Positions 27,801 to 38,475 of a stretch of 64,000 nt of DNA are shown in pieces; positions within the stretch are counted from its first letter, which is position 1; each line of letters begins with the position of its first letter. The notes below the pieces were generated by a model. That model had not been told where the DNA came from. It saw nothing but the letters and a program-made list of their open reading frames with translations, and did no database searches. The translations under genes and the position numbers were made by a program. The stretch is from an uncultured virus (IMG/VR IMGVR_UViG_3300025073_000045) (Duplodnaviria; Heunggongvirae; Uroviricota; Caudoviricetes), in IMG/VR virus record IMGVR_UViG_3300025073_000045, positions 1-64,000 of that record. One strand, given 5' to 3'.

Positions 27801-29859
27801 GAAAAATATTATTGCAGCAGACGTGAAAGCACGAAATACCAGTAGAAGCACTGGCCAATATCAATTAATGAATCTTGATAAAGGTAAGTCTGCTATAGAG
27901 AATAAAGATAATAAGTTTTATGATTCATATAAATCTTTAGTTAATTTAAATAAGGAAAGATTATTAAATGAACAAGATCTTGCTAATTTCTGGACAAAAA
28001 ATAAAGAATCAATTATGCAAGGAGATTTTGATGCTTCAATGCTTGAAACTGTATTAAATACTTTTAATCAGTCAAGAGCTAATGTAAGTAAAGCCTTAAA
28101 TAAATTAGTTGTACCAGATGAAGTAAATAATCTTGACTTCAAAAAATTTAAAGAATCTTTAGATAAATTATTAAAAGAAGGGGGTCAAGCATATGAAGAA
28201 CTCTCAAGAGCATTATTATCTGGTTCTACCAAAAAATTAACTGAAGAACGTGTTAAAGAAGCTAAATCATTCATGGGTTCTGTACAACAGGCTTTAAGTA
28301 ATAAAATTGGAGCATTGGAAAGTCAGGCAAAAGCAGTAGAAGACACACTTCCAAAACAATATGCCAATGCACTAATACAAATTAGGGATACTACTGAAGC
28401 TACTTCAACGCTTAACTCAAAAATTGCTACATTAAGTCAAACTATTTTGACTAATTCAGAATATGTTAATAATCATAATCAAGCTATCACCGACCTCAAG
28501 AATAAGTATAATGTTATAAATGATGTTTTAGACTTTAATCATAAATTAACAATGGATGGTATAGCTGATCAAGCTTATGCAGATGCATATATAAAACAAC
28601 ATGGTTTAGCTTTGTATAATTTACATGTTAAGAATGCTAAAGATGCATATGAAGCTAAAAAAGAATTTAATGATAAAATGTTAAAGAATGAAATTGAAAC
28701 AGCAAGAACCAATGAATTTATACAATTACGTAATTCTGCTGATATTATGAAGATGCAGAATGAAAAATCAAGTAAAGCTTTAGGATTAGGTCTAAGTTCA
28801 ACTCAAGCAACAGAACTAGAAGCATATGGTGATGCATGGATTAATTTTAGTGGTAAATTGGCTCAAGCTTGGTTTATGCAAGACCAGGCATCTGCAAATG
28901 AAGCTTCAAGAAATTTAGTAGAATTAGCTAAACAAAAGTTTAATGCATTAAAAAACATTACTAATGATCTAGTAAATCAAACTAATATTCAATCAATTGG
29001 TTCTGGTTCTATTATTGAAACTATGTTTGGACTTGATGCTCAAGGAATGGCTCAAATCGATTTAAAATATAATGCTCTTATAGCTAATGCTAGTAGTTAT
29101 TATATGAATTATGCACAAATAATTCAATATGCTGCACAAAAAGAACAAGAACTAGTTCAGAAAAGAATGACAGATATAAGCAATTTTGCTGGTAATATGA
29201 TTCAAGCTGCTTATAGTTTTGGTGCTCAAATAGGTCAAGCATTTGTTGAAGTTAATCAAGGTTTTGATAAAGAAAAAGCTGATATGCTTAAAGAACAAGA
29301 AACCTTATTATTAAGAGGAGAAATTTCACAAGCTCAATACCTTGACAGAACTACTCAACTTCATTCATATTATGCAGAAAGAACTCGTAATGTTTGGACT
29401 CAAGCTTTTAACTCTATTGGAAAAGGCATGACTCAAACAATAGCTGATATAGTTACTGAGCTAGGTAAAAATGCTGCTGAAAAAGCAGTTAAAGAATTAA
29501 CAGCAAATGCTTCAATTGGTACTACTTTATTAACAGGATTAACTAGTGCATTACCTTATGCAGGAATCGGCTTGGCATTAGGATTCATAGGAGATGCTAT
29601 CTTTGGGAGTAATAAAGAACCTGAGATGCCTGATTTTACTCAAACAAATGCAAATCAATTAAGTAAGTTTGGTGGAACAATAAAAGCTGAAGAAGTAAAA
29701 ATTGAGATCTCTCCGACTTTTATTATTGAGGGTCAACAAGTATTTATTGGGTCTGGTTCAATTGTTGAGTTTGTAGATGAATCAACTGAATTATTGAAAA
29801 AGGCAGTACAGCAAGCCATAGATAACAAGGAATTTGATTTAAGTTTAGCAAGAGGATAA
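24832..29859 (+). CDS. Tape measure protein
   Basis: 1675 aa, helical; DAAAFNRQG..S...AV..AT.G.KN.NS...DNAGITKN motif; follows the chaperones. Confidence 0.9.
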   Translation: MSANQERKLRMIVEFHGNASNAMKAVDDFERKFGSTFKQLGVNVEVELRKTERRIKQSFDRMSSYGKRFSKQMSGGAFLGGSSGGIGKEFDSFEISQGEMRGSTTGLRHEVGKLRNTLLLVSFATTAVVSAFKTMFQTVLQNESAMIGLKAVAISTGLSFDRLRESSVILENSGIMSITGSSAAQKNLAATKMTLMEVQGVMGALTDAAAFNRQGTLSMEEAVVGATQGIKNQNSIMIDNAGITKNVSIMYKEYAASIGKTIGALTEHEKRQAMVSGIMQEAELFAGNAEKSMFSYQGRLNKLNVEILKTSRNLGDMAAPNIMAGLEALTGGLSKAGNDEGFMKLTALLTSYFKELMIILPKIADNFMAIPRFLSPLSSIFDNSIVKMTLMSGLLLKMNSYAQGFLIKFKQGQLQGVIDNSSKRLASSAILATDKGLNQESNAKKTIIQSAQFEAKMKGKIIELEKTGNLNDLIQKNAQKEINLLLASEGAQLEKNIKYKQLINDLTIRGFNIYKTNSEVKVGKNTISTGSFLVRDANANLSKDSLFNKKGASPTLVAEASSGAGAYNIAGLLGKIGIQKQWFKDIATSAKISMASMKADLLSGKLTLESLKLGFGTAGTAALAFGKSVMAMGMTIMAVFGQFMMYYTIVMTLIDLFKQLVGASNEEAKKREQRLTDIDIEIKALTGLSRSYDLLINKVTSLNQAFGNGSGYENFYTAQGNTIQETEIKMKSLLTDMDDIKFEMQRMAHSGKDSAINPLTGIEMSYDEFKNYLDNLKTQFSELNTYANDAYDNISGTLTDAGEFFASAGGKINSTIGNAANQVSSFNDNIIKWASQYPILNEKIGDDVVTTLLGISKDASYYDALMLSNTKSFELEKRKYIIDSEKQITEIKKNALNERTKGIFNSQSKEMALLVTASKEQLDAIRDQQRALKLELEGQKFATGDAILSMGISSRTSISAGHTSARNIDTYIEGILAEADNQSKRYDRLLKNIIAADVKARNTSRSTGQYQLMNLDKGKSAIENKDNKFYDSYKSLVNLNKERLLNEQDLANFWTKNKESIMQGDFDASMLETVLNTFNQSRANVSKALNKLVVPDEVNNLDFKKFKESLDKLLKEGGQAYEELSRALLSGSTKKLTEERVKEAKSFMGSVQQALSNKIGALESQAKAVEDTLPKQYANALIQIRDTTEATSTLNSKIATLSQTILTNSEYVNNHNQAITDLKNKYNVINDVLDFNHKLTMDGIADQAYADAYIKQHGLALYNLHVKNAKDAYEAKKEFNDKMLKNEIETARTNEFIQLRNSADIMKMQNEKSSKALGLGLSSTQATELEAYGDAWINFSGKLAQAWFMQDQASANEASRNLVELAKQKFNALKNITNDLVNQTNIQSIGSGSIIETMFGLDAQGMAQIDLKYNALIANASSYYMNYAQIIQYAAQKEQELVQKRMTDISNFAGNMIQAAYSFGAQIGQAFVEVNQGFDKEKADMLKEQETLLLRGEISQAQYLDRTTQLHSYYAERTRNVWTQAFNSIGKGMTQTIADIVTELGKNAAEKAVKELTANASIGTTLLTGLTSALPYAGIGLALGFIGDAIFGSNKEPEMPDFTQTNANQLSKFGGTIKAEEVKIEISPTFIIEGQQVFIGSGSIVEFVDESTELLKKAVQQAIDNKEFDLSLARG

Positions 29860-29860
29860 A

Positions 29861-31369
29861 ATGGCATACCAACAAGGAAACTCTTGGGAATTGGCAATAT
29901 CACTTCCTTTGAAGAATAATAAGTTCACAAAAGGTCAATATAAGTCTTTGTTAGTTAATGATGCGACTGTACCAGTTAATCAACCTACCATAACTTATGA
30001 TAATACGCATTTAGATGGAGCAGAGATCCATAATCATTTACAATATGGAGATGAAATTTCAATAGTTTCAAACTCTACTAAAGATGTTGAACATCTGATT
30101 GTAGCAGGAATTGATAAAGTAAATAACCTTATTGTGCTTAGAGATAAAAATAATCAAGTTTTATTTGCAGATGGCGATTCAATATCTGCTTATTGTACAG
30201 GTCTTGCAGCAGGATGGGAAATTCCATTGGCTTCACAAGCATGGGTAAAAGCTGGTGGTATAAAGAATGGGCCTGTATCTAGGCAACTTACTAAAAGTTT
30301 TACTGCCGGTATTGGTGCAGGTACCTATGTTAAAACAGGAACAAATGCTGGATTAAATGGATTATTGACGCTTACACAGCATACCACAGAATATGGGTTT
30401 GCTTTAGATTTATTATCTACACAACTTGAATATATACAAACACCTTTATATTTAGATTCTGGTATTAATAAGTTTAAGATTGCAATTAATAACCCTGATG
30501 GATTAAGTGGAGCAGTAAATGTTTTATTAGGTCAATATCACAGAGGAGGGTGGCGAAAATCTTATGCTCAAATGCTTACTATCCATCTTGATAAAAATGA
30601 TGTTACACTTGATTCTACGATATTTAAGCAAAGCTTAATTGATTATGGTGATGAATCTACTAATAATAAGCGTAGAAAATCATTATTAATACCATATCAA
30701 TTTTATAGAATTGGTGGTAAGGTATTTGTAGATGCAGTAGCTACTAACAAAATTTATAATGATGATTATAATATTAAACTTGTACTTCAACCAAGTGATA
30801 CCCTTAGAGATAATTCAACAGAAACTATTTCAGTAGATATACTAGACAGCTTAGCTATAAATACTAATCAATGGTTTGAGTTTAGTCAAGTGGGTTTATT
30901 AGCTTCTGGTATATCAAATGCATCATTTCCTCATCTTGGTTTATGGCTTGATAATAAGATAACTTCAGCGTATAGTGGAGATGTCAATTTATATATTGAT
31001 GAACTCTGGGCTGAACATGCTGGTGGAGTTAATTACGCAGATGTTGATGGTTGTTTAAAATTCTCAAGATATAATGTTTGGCCAGAACAAGGAACTATCC
31101 AAATAAACCCAAGAAGTGAAAATTCAGAGATTCATGGAAGAAAACTTTTAAATATTGAATGTCAAATAGATTACTGTACTCAAGAGTTTTGGGACCAATT
31201 ACAAACTCTATTAGAATGGCAAGATCGAGGCTATCTTTTGAATTTACATCCATATATTAAAGATATTGGTAATGTATTAACAGGAAAATTAACAATTAAG
31301 AATTATTCTAAAGGTTCCTGGGATTTAACGTTAAGAAGTTTCTTACTCTCATTTGAAGAGATTATTTAA
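29861..31369 (+). CDS. Distal tail (Dit-like) protein with inserted domains
   Basis: Immediately after the tape measure gene; beta-rich. Confidence 0.5.
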   Translation: MAYQQGNSWELAISLPLKNNKFTKGQYKSLLVNDATVPVNQPTITYDNTHLDGAEIHNHLQYGDEISIVSNSTKDVEHLIVAGIDKVNNLIVLRDKNNQVLFADGDSISAYCTGLAAGWEIPLASQAWVKAGGIKNGPVSRQLTKSFTAGIGAGTYVKTGTNAGLNGLLTLTQHTTEYGFALDLLSTQLEYIQTPLYLDSGINKFKIAINNPDGLSGAVNVLLGQYHRGGWRKSYAQMLTIHLDKNDVTLDSTIFKQSLIDYGDESTNNKRRKSLLIPYQFYRIGGKVFVDAVATNKIYNDDYNIKLVLQPSDTLRDNSTETISVDILDSLAINTNQWFEFSQVGLLASGISNASFPHLGLWLDNKITSAYSGDVNLYIDELWAEHAGGVNYADVDGCLKFSRYNVWPEQGTIQINPRSENSEIHGRKLLNIECQIDYCTQEFWDQLQTLLEWQDRGYLLNLHPYIKDIGNVLTGKLTIKNYSKGSWDLTLRSFLLSFEEII

Positions 31370-32349
31370 TGAGTAACTTTGTTTCAATTAGTCAATTTAA
31401 AGAAGCTATAAGTCAAATTCTTGAAGGAGATTTATCATCACCAAAAAGAGACAGGTTGACAAGTGTACATCAATCTGCAGAACTTTTTAATGCAACTGGG
31501 GATAAAATTACAAAACTTAGATTAAAATTTTATATTGAAGATGATGGTGGAGATTGGACTCTTGATAATCTTATAAAACCTAATTTCATATGGGATATGA
31601 AAAAGATTGCTGGTGCTGCAGTTATTGATAGTGGTAATCATGCTTTCCATATTAATTTAACAAGTTCAAATGTAAAAGAAACTACTGATGGGATAAAGTT
31701 TATTGGTAAAAGTAAATCCTTTTTAGTTTCAAGCACTATTCCTAATTTTATAGATGGTTCAAAGACTTTAATAAATCTATGGTTTAAGCCTGAACTATTA
31801 GGAATTGGTAATACTTCTTCATTATTTCAAATATCTGGTCAAACTGCTAAGCAACCTACCATATTTTCAATCAATCTTATCGAGAATGGTGGCCTTCTAA
31901 ATTTTGGTTTAACCTATTATCAAGCTGGGGTTAAGTATAATAAAATCTATTCTGACACAATCATACCAAATGCTTATAATAATATACAACTTTTGATAGA
32001 TACTAATCTGTCAATACTCGTCAATGGTTCAGCATTTGTTGATACTTTATCAATTAGCTTAAATCCACTCTCATTTACTAATATCATATTGAAATTTGGA
32101 GAGAATTATTTTGGGGAAATTTCTTACATTACTTTGCATATAAACAATAATGTAACTAGTGCTATGATGGATTATCAATACACTATGAGGTATCCTTTAC
32201 CTAGAGATAGTGAATTAGTAGATTTAAGCGATGAGTTTGAATTAAGAGGAAAAAATCTATTTATAGATGCAGGTTCAATCTCTAAAGCAATAGAAACGAT
32301 TAAAGGTGAATTTTTTATAAAATCAAATGATATTACTTTGAGGTCATAA
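31369..32349 (+). CDS. Tail protein with a LamG/ConA-like domain; C-terminus resembles the start of a tail hub domain
   Basis: IDSGNH, TLINLWFKP, FGENYFGEI; ends VDLS...GSISKAIE..GEFF..NDITL. Confidence 0.55.
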   Translation: MSNFVSISQFKEAISQILEGDLSSPKRDRLTSVHQSAELFNATGDKITKLRLKFYIEDDGGDWTLDNLIKPNFIWDMKKIAGAAVIDSGNHAFHINLTSSNVKETTDGIKFIGKSKSFLVSSTIPNFIDGSKTLINLWFKPELLGIGNTSSLFQISGQTAKQPTIFSINLIENGGLLNFGLTYYQAGVKYNKIYSDTIIPNAYNNIQLLIDTNLSILVNGSAFVDTLSISLNPLSFTNIILKFGENYFGEISYITLHINNNVTSAMMDYQYTMRYPLPRDSELVDLSDEFELRGKNLFIDAGSISKAIETIKGEFFIKSNDITLRS

Positions 32350-34007
32350 TGGGACTAACTGTTTCAAAATTTTATGATAATGCGGGTTTACCAATTACAG
32401 ATTCAATAACAGTAAAATTATATGGACCTCTTGATAATACTCCAACAGATCATATAGGTTCTACTTATGGTGTTAATACTGGTATGAGAACTTTCTCTGA
32501 CTTACCAGCTGGAGATTATAATCTATTCTTTGATAATATAATTGAATCTGGATTGAGTCCATTATTTATTGCTGGTCCTGTAATACCTACATTTTCTCCA
32601 GCTGCAGGAGATATAAGTTCTACAATGCTTGCTGATAATGCAGTTACTACTGATAAACTAGCAGCAAATGCAGTTGGGACAGCAAAAATTGCTGATGCAG
32701 CTGTTACTTCAGCAAAATTAGCTGATGGGGCAATAGAGGCATCTAAAATAGGTGATCAATCAGTAGCTAAAAGTAAACTTGGTACTGATGTATTTAATGG
32801 TACTATGCTTGATGATGGAGGATTTGGTCCTAAAGTAGATTCAACATCAATTGGATTCAATGTTCTAGGTGAATTAGAAGTTATTGATAATAGTATTACT
32901 TCAGATAAATTAGCAGAAGCATTAGCTACTGCTAACATTGCTGATGCAGCAGTAACAGAAGCTAAAATTGCTGATGGGGCTGTTACAACAAATAAACTTG
33001 GAGATGCATCAACAACAGAATCAAAGATTGCTGATGCAGCAGTAACTACTAATAAAATTGCTAATGAAGCAGTAACATTTGAAAAAATTAGTTCTCTGGC
33101 GATTGCTCAGTTGAGAGATGCTAATTATGGTATACCTAGTGATGTCGCTTATGTATCTGCCAATTATGCAAACCTTGAAGCACCTTATTTTACATTAATA
33201 CAAGATGCAATTGATTATCTTGAAACCGCAGCAATAGATGGTGCAATACTTATACAGCCTGGAACATATACTGAATCTATTATAATTAATTCATCTATCT
33301 CTTTAGTGGGTATTGATAAGGCTAGATGTATAATAAATCATATTCCCACTGCAGCCATAAATCAAGCAGTAAAAATAACAGGTCAAAACACATTACCAAT
33401 TACGTTACAGAATTTAACTATAAAATGCCTAAGTGATAATGCAATCGATGTTGATGCTATTGGAATTTATTCAAATCATGCTGTTAATAAGTTATTAATA
33501 TCAAATGCAGACATTATAGTTCAAGGAAGAAATCATGCTACAAACCCAACTAATGGTATAGGAGTTTTTATTGATACTTCCCTATTAGTTGGAAATGTTG
33601 AAATTGAAAAGAGTAAATTAGTAGTAACTGGTGGAAACCATACAGCTAGTGGAACTGGAAAAGATGCCTTTGGAATTAAGATCCCCGTAAGAATGAATCT
33701 TGCTGTTAATTTTACATCCATTAATGTTATTGAGGGTACAGGTCTTACAAATGGAGCAGGTTATCCAATTTATGTTTTTGGTAATGACATTACCTGGGTC
33801 TATCCTAAGCCTCCTATATCTATTGGTGGAGTAATTGCAGAATCAAATAGTCCAGTTGTTAAAAATGTTTCAAATAATACTGGAGTTTCTGCAGTAATCA
33901 TGGCTTCTGCATACTCATTTGCTCCTTTAGTTGCAGAAGTAAGTACTGCTATTATTTCATCAGAAGCAAATGAACAGGTAGTTGCAATGGAAGGAATCCT
34001 ACAATAA
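32349..34007 (+). CDS. Fibre/tailspike with ADxAVTxxKI repeats and a parallel beta-helix (pectin-lyase-like) domain
   Basis: More than 10 decapeptide repeats; IQDAID...ILIQPGTYTESIII...ISLVG beta-helix cap. Confidence 0.7.
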   Translation: MGLTVSKFYDNAGLPITDSITVKLYGPLDNTPTDHIGSTYGVNTGMRTFSDLPAGDYNLFFDNIIESGLSPLFIAGPVIPTFSPAAGDISSTMLADNAVTTDKLAANAVGTAKIADAAVTSAKLADGAIEASKIGDQSVAKSKLGTDVFNGTMLDDGGFGPKVDSTSIGFNVLGELEVIDNSITSDKLAEALATANIADAAVTEAKIADGAVTTNKLGDASTTESKIADAAVTTNKIANEAVTFEKISSLAIAQLRDANYGIPSDVAYVSANYANLEAPYFTLIQDAIDYLETAAIDGAILIQPGTYTESIIINSSISLVGIDKARCIINHIPTAAINQAVKITGQNTLPITLQNLTIKCLSDNAIDVDAIGIYSNHAVNKLLISNADIIVQGRNHATNPTNGIGVFIDTSLLVGNVEIEKSKLVVTGGNHTASGTGKDAFGIKIPVRMNLAVNFTSINVIEGTGLTNGAGYPIYVFGNDITWVYPKPPISIGGVIAESNSPVVKNVSNNTGVSAVIMASAYSFAPLVAEVSTAIISSEANEQVVAMEGILQ

Positions 34008-37000
34008 TGAGTGAACAATTACAAGATAAGAATACTGCTTATAGTGATTTATCTGCTCAGGGGTTAAGAAATTTATATAATGAGAATGATAGATTTGACA
34101 ATTTTTGGAATAAACCTCTTCCAGATTCATTATTAACTGTAAATGGTAATAAAGCTTATTTTAATAAAAGTTGGAATAAAACACATACAGCATTTTATCA
34201 ACGTAAATGTGCATTAAAAGTTGAAGTAACATTAGCTGATGGTTCAGTCCGATTAGTTGATATTGGTACTTTTTTAATGCAAGAACCCACTATTGATGAT
34301 TCAAAGATAAATATTGCTTTAGAAGATTTAGCAAAACCCTTAATGGAAGAGCCAGCTGACTCAGTTAAAAGTGGTTTTCAATGGTATAGAAATGTACCTG
34401 TAAAGTTTCTAGTTGAAGAATTAATAAAGACTGTTTATTATGATAAAAGGAATGGTGAAGTACCAAGAGATTTTATCATAGATGATATAAGACCTGTAAC
34501 ACCTACAGCTTTACCTACTTTATCATCTCTTGGAAAGCCTCCCAGCTTTTCAAGACTATCAAATTCTTTAGATGAAGATTTAAAATGTAGAGTACTTTGT
34601 AAAGCTAATATAAATTCTTTAGGTGAAAATCTCTACATGGGTTTAAATGCTCAATTATGGGCTTATAATGATTTGGCAGGTACTTATTCAAAGATTGGTG
34701 AAATTATTCCTGCTGGAACTATACCTGTTTATATACAAAAATTATGGTTTAATGCTACTGACAATTTTATTTATGGGATTGCTCTTGAAGAAGAACAATT
34801 AGTATATAGTAATGATAAAGTTGAATATGGTAAATATGAATGTCAAGTTGGAGTGAATTTTGTTTTCTTTAAAGCAGACAGAGAATCTATAACAGTTTTA
34901 TTTGATTCTCAATCTCAATCGTCAAACTATAATTTCAAATATAGTATTTATCCTGGTAAATATCACATTATACCTCCTTACTTTAAATTAACAGCAATGT
35001 CTCAAGCAGACTATAAAACTATTTATGGTAATACTTATCATACTTATAAGAATACTAATTTTAGGCTAAATCCAGTATTGTCTGGAATAGGAAATTTTGA
35101 TATTGCGACACAATCAATTAAGAATCTTACTGGAGATATATATAAATTTCCTCAAACAGAGAATATTGCTATACCTTTTGCTCAGAAAGTAGGTTTTATA
35201 GCTAATAGATATATTGAAAATTATTTACCTGCTTGGTATGGTGCTGTTGAAGATCCAGGAGCTAATAAGTTTAGACATGCATATTTTGGTCATAATAGAA
35301 CTTTCCCAGAAACTACGGGTAATAGATGGGTAAATAATCAAATTTATGTAAGAGAATATGCTGAAGATGATCCTTATTTTAATACAAGACCTAGTGAATG
35401 TAATCCAGTATATAGTTCACCAATTTATAATTTCAGGGATAGGACTAGAATAGTTATTCAAGGAAGAAAAACTTTAACAGAGACCGCTGATAAATATTAC
35501 TATGCACCTACTGAGGGGTACAGTCAACAAGCAGTTTTTATAGTACAAACAAAAGATTTCATACTTGATAATAACAACCCAACAAAAGGCTTTAATAGGA
35601 ATTCTGCATATTTTGAGGAAAATTATGATAGTAACTGTCCTTCAATAGATTACTATAATATAGATAATCCTTTTTCATATCTCCCAAATCAATTTACTGC
35701 TAAAACTTTTTATCCGGGTTATTTTTCATGGTATGAAGAAGCTTTATTGTTAAAAGACAGTAAATTGTTTGGGGTACATACTAGAATTAATCCTGAAGGT
35801 ATTTCTTGGCCTTGGCTAAAATATACTTCCGGTCAAAAAGGCTCTATAGAGTATTTACCTACTTTAGGTATAAGTGGTAGTTTCTTTATTCAAGTACTTG
35901 ACAAAGTTAGTAGACGTTCTAAAGGTAATTGTAATTTTTCACAAGCAGATTTAAATACACAAAGTTTTGATTATAATACTGGAGAGATGGTTCCAGAAAC
36001 ATTAAGATTTAAATATTTTATTTATGATCTTGCTTTAAATACATTTACTGAAGTTACTTTATCAGACATGGTTCAATCTTATAGTGGTGTCAATGTTCCT
36101 TTACAGATTACAGCTACAGCAGTAAATGGTACTACATTATTTATAGCTGGAATGTCTTTCAATAATCAAACAGATACTGATGGAGTTTTTACAAGTGAAA
36201 AGCATAATAAGACAAGAATATTAAAAGTTGATTTTAGTAGCAGTGTTGCACTTCCTACTATTACAGTATTATATGAGTCTAATTATAGTAAAATGTTAGC
36301 TACAATTACAGATATGCTGTATACTTCTAATGGATTAATTATATCTTATTATGATAGAAAGAAAATAGTAACATTTGCAGAGAATGCATATAAACCTTCA
36401 TTAGGCACTCCTTTTGGTCTAGCAAAGCTAACTAATTTAAGTGTTTCAGTTGATGAGTTTTCTGACCTAAACCCTTTATATTCTAATCATTTTATTAATG
36501 GCAAATATCAGTTCTCAAGACTAATTAAATCAAGTATTGATAATTATCTATATTATGTACTAATACATGATAGAGATGAATCTACTAATAAAATGGAACT
36601 CAGGAGATATGATTTAGTTACTGAAACAGAAGACAGATTAGGGTTTATAAGTGATATTACTTTTGGTGATACTAATATTTTATCTAATCTTGAACTTCAA
36701 GAATTGGTTACTGGATTTAATACTGTTTTTGGAGTATCAACTGGTTATTTACCGAACTATATTAAAAAATCAAACTCAAAAAACTACTTATTCAAATATG
36801 ATAAGTATTTATCTGGAGTAGTGGAATTAGCAGATTTTAATAATTTAAAAGTATGGGATGCTTTAAGCCAAATTGCTAGAGCATTTAACTATATAATGGG
36901 TTTTGATAATGATAAGTTCTTTTTCATAAAAAGAGAACTAGAAAATGAAGCAAGCATATTTATTGACTTAGATTTAGATCCCGTAATATCTAAGAAAAAG

Positions 37001-38461
37001 ATTTTAGATGTAGATATTAAAAACGTTATTACTGCTACACCAATGGTAGCAAAAAAGGGCGATATTGAATGGAATGTAACTCTCTGTTCAAATATGTTAA
37101 CTACTCAAGTTGATGATGGTAGAACTAATCTTGATATATCATTGAGAATACGTCAAGAAGATGATATGGCTCATGATATTGTGTTAAAAACTGTTGTGGT
37201 TGGTTCTGTACCTAATGTTGAAAATGAATATAAGAATATAGATCCTACTAATGTCTCAAATAAATACTTCACCAATGTTCGTTTTGCTTACCTTATTTAT
37301 AATGTTGTATTTGAAACTAAACTCTATAGAGACGTTGCGTCTAACGAGACAGAAATATATCTGCCATCATTTTTTGGCTCAAATCTCAGTGATCAGCTCT
37401 CTATAGGGGATATTTTTGTAGTTAATTATACAGACACAGAAGGTAATTCTCAACAGATAAGTAGAATGATTATCGATGCAGATTTTTCAAGTAACATCAT
37501 AATTCTTGAAGAGAACTTAGGTCAGGATTTTGCAGCATATACTCCAGTCTCTATTTTCAGATCTAATGCTATTAAAGGGGATGATAATAAGACAACTTTG
37601 TCAAATAATACTTGGAGTGATAAGGGAGTTACCTTCATTTCAACTGGTGTTATTCAAAGAGTTGCAGGTACTACTTATAATCTATCTACTGATATAGTTG
37701 AATTTCAAGTTGCTTCTTTTAAGAATCTTGGTATTGGTACAGTTATTAGAATTTCAGATTTAAATGCTGAATATCAAATTTATGCAAAAAAAGAATATGT
37801 GATAGATAATAAATCTACTCATTGGATTCAGATCATACCTTTTAATAATTCTATATTACCAACCATTGGGACTGATTCAACACTAATTAATAAAAGTATT
37901 CTAGCATACTGGGTACCAAAAGGTCCATCAACATCAAATGATTCATTGGTTGAAGTTGGAGGCTCTAAGATTTTTGTGGGTTTTGAATATGGAAGTACCG
38001 GAGTTTTTTGGCAGAATCCTAATGGTTATGATTACATAGAGATAAAAGCTCCTGGATTACAACTAGAAGCTAATAGTAGTTTAAAATATACTGCTGTTAA
38101 TCAAGATTCAATATACAGATATGGTAAAAAAACTGAAGATTTACCAGAGAATAGATTTATGCAAAGGAATTTTATTGAGTATGCTACAAGATTAATGCTA
38201 TTTCAATCTGCTTTTCCGAGATTGATTTTTGAGATTAAAAATTTAATACAAGCACAGAACGTTGCTGGTGAGTCATATAATTTACCTTTCTTTAAGATTG
38301 TGAGTACTACGGACTCAAAGCTTACCAAGGTAACAATTAGATCAAAGAAATATCTTCCTAATTTCAAAGATTATTCAACTGATTTCTATCTCATGTCACA
38401 TGATTTTAATCTAAAAGATTTTAGTCAAAACATTAAGGTAAAAGGGATAGACCCATTCTAA
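34007..38461 (+). CDS. Large tail hub / central fibre protein
   Basis: 1484 aa; DALSQIARAFNY..GFD, IKNVITA and NQDSIYRYGKK hub-type motifs. Confidence 0.65.
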   Translation: MSEQLQDKNTAYSDLSAQGLRNLYNENDRFDNFWNKPLPDSLLTVNGNKAYFNKSWNKTHTAFYQRKCALKVEVTLADGSVRLVDIGTFLMQEPTIDDSKINIALEDLAKPLMEEPADSVKSGFQWYRNVPVKFLVEELIKTVYYDKRNGEVPRDFIIDDIRPVTPTALPTLSSLGKPPSFSRLSNSLDEDLKCRVLCKANINSLGENLYMGLNAQLWAYNDLAGTYSKIGEIIPAGTIPVYIQKLWFNATDNFIYGIALEEEQLVYSNDKVEYGKYECQVGVNFVFFKADRESITVLFDSQSQSSNYNFKYSIYPGKYHIIPPYFKLTAMSQADYKTIYGNTYHTYKNTNFRLNPVLSGIGNFDIATQSIKNLTGDIYKFPQTENIAIPFAQKVGFIANRYIENYLPAWYGAVEDPGANKFRHAYFGHNRTFPETTGNRWVNNQIYVREYAEDDPYFNTRPSECNPVYSSPIYNFRDRTRIVIQGRKTLTETADKYYYAPTEGYSQQAVFIVQTKDFILDNNNPTKGFNRNSAYFEENYDSNCPSIDYYNIDNPFSYLPNQFTAKTFYPGYFSWYEEALLLKDSKLFGVHTRINPEGISWPWLKYTSGQKGSIEYLPTLGISGSFFIQVLDKVSRRSKGNCNFSQADLNTQSFDYNTGEMVPETLRFKYFIYDLALNTFTEVTLSDMVQSYSGVNVPLQITATAVNGTTLFIAGMSFNNQTDTDGVFTSEKHNKTRILKVDFSSSVALPTITVLYESNYSKMLATITDMLYTSNGLIISYYDRKKIVTFAENAYKPSLGTPFGLAKLTNLSVSVDEFSDLNPLYSNHFINGKYQFSRLIKSSIDNYLYYVLIHDRDESTNKMELRRYDLVTETEDRLGFISDITFGDTNILSNLELQELVTGFNTVFGVSTGYLPNYIKKSNSKNYLFKYDKYLSGVVELADFNNLKVWDALSQIARAFNYIMGFDNDKFFFIKRELENEASIFIDLDLDPVISKKKILDVDIKNVITATPMVAKKGDIEWNVTLCSNMLTTQVDDGRTNLDISLRIRQEDDMAHDIVLKTVVVGSVPNVENEYKNIDPTNVSNKYFTNVRFAYLIYNVVFETKLYRDVASNETEIYLPSFFGSNLSDQLSIGDIFVVNYTDTEGNSQQISRMIIDADFSSNIIILEENLGQDFAAYTPVSIFRSNAIKGDDNKTTLSNNTWSDKGVTFISTGVIQRVAGTTYNLSTDIVEFQVASFKNLGIGTVIRISDLNAEYQIYAKKEYVIDNKSTHWIQIIPFNNSILPTIGTDSTLINKSILAYWVPKGPSTSNDSLVEVGGSKIFVGFEYGSTGVFWQNPNGYDYIEIKAPGLQLEANSSLKYTAVNQDSIYRYGKKTEDLPENRFMQRNFIEYATRLMLFQSAFPRLIFEIKNLIQAQNVAGESYNLPFFKIVSTTDSKLTKVTIRSKKYLPNFKDYSTDFYLMSHDFNLKDFSQNIKVKGIDPF

Positions 38462-38475
38462 TAAAGGAGTAGACA

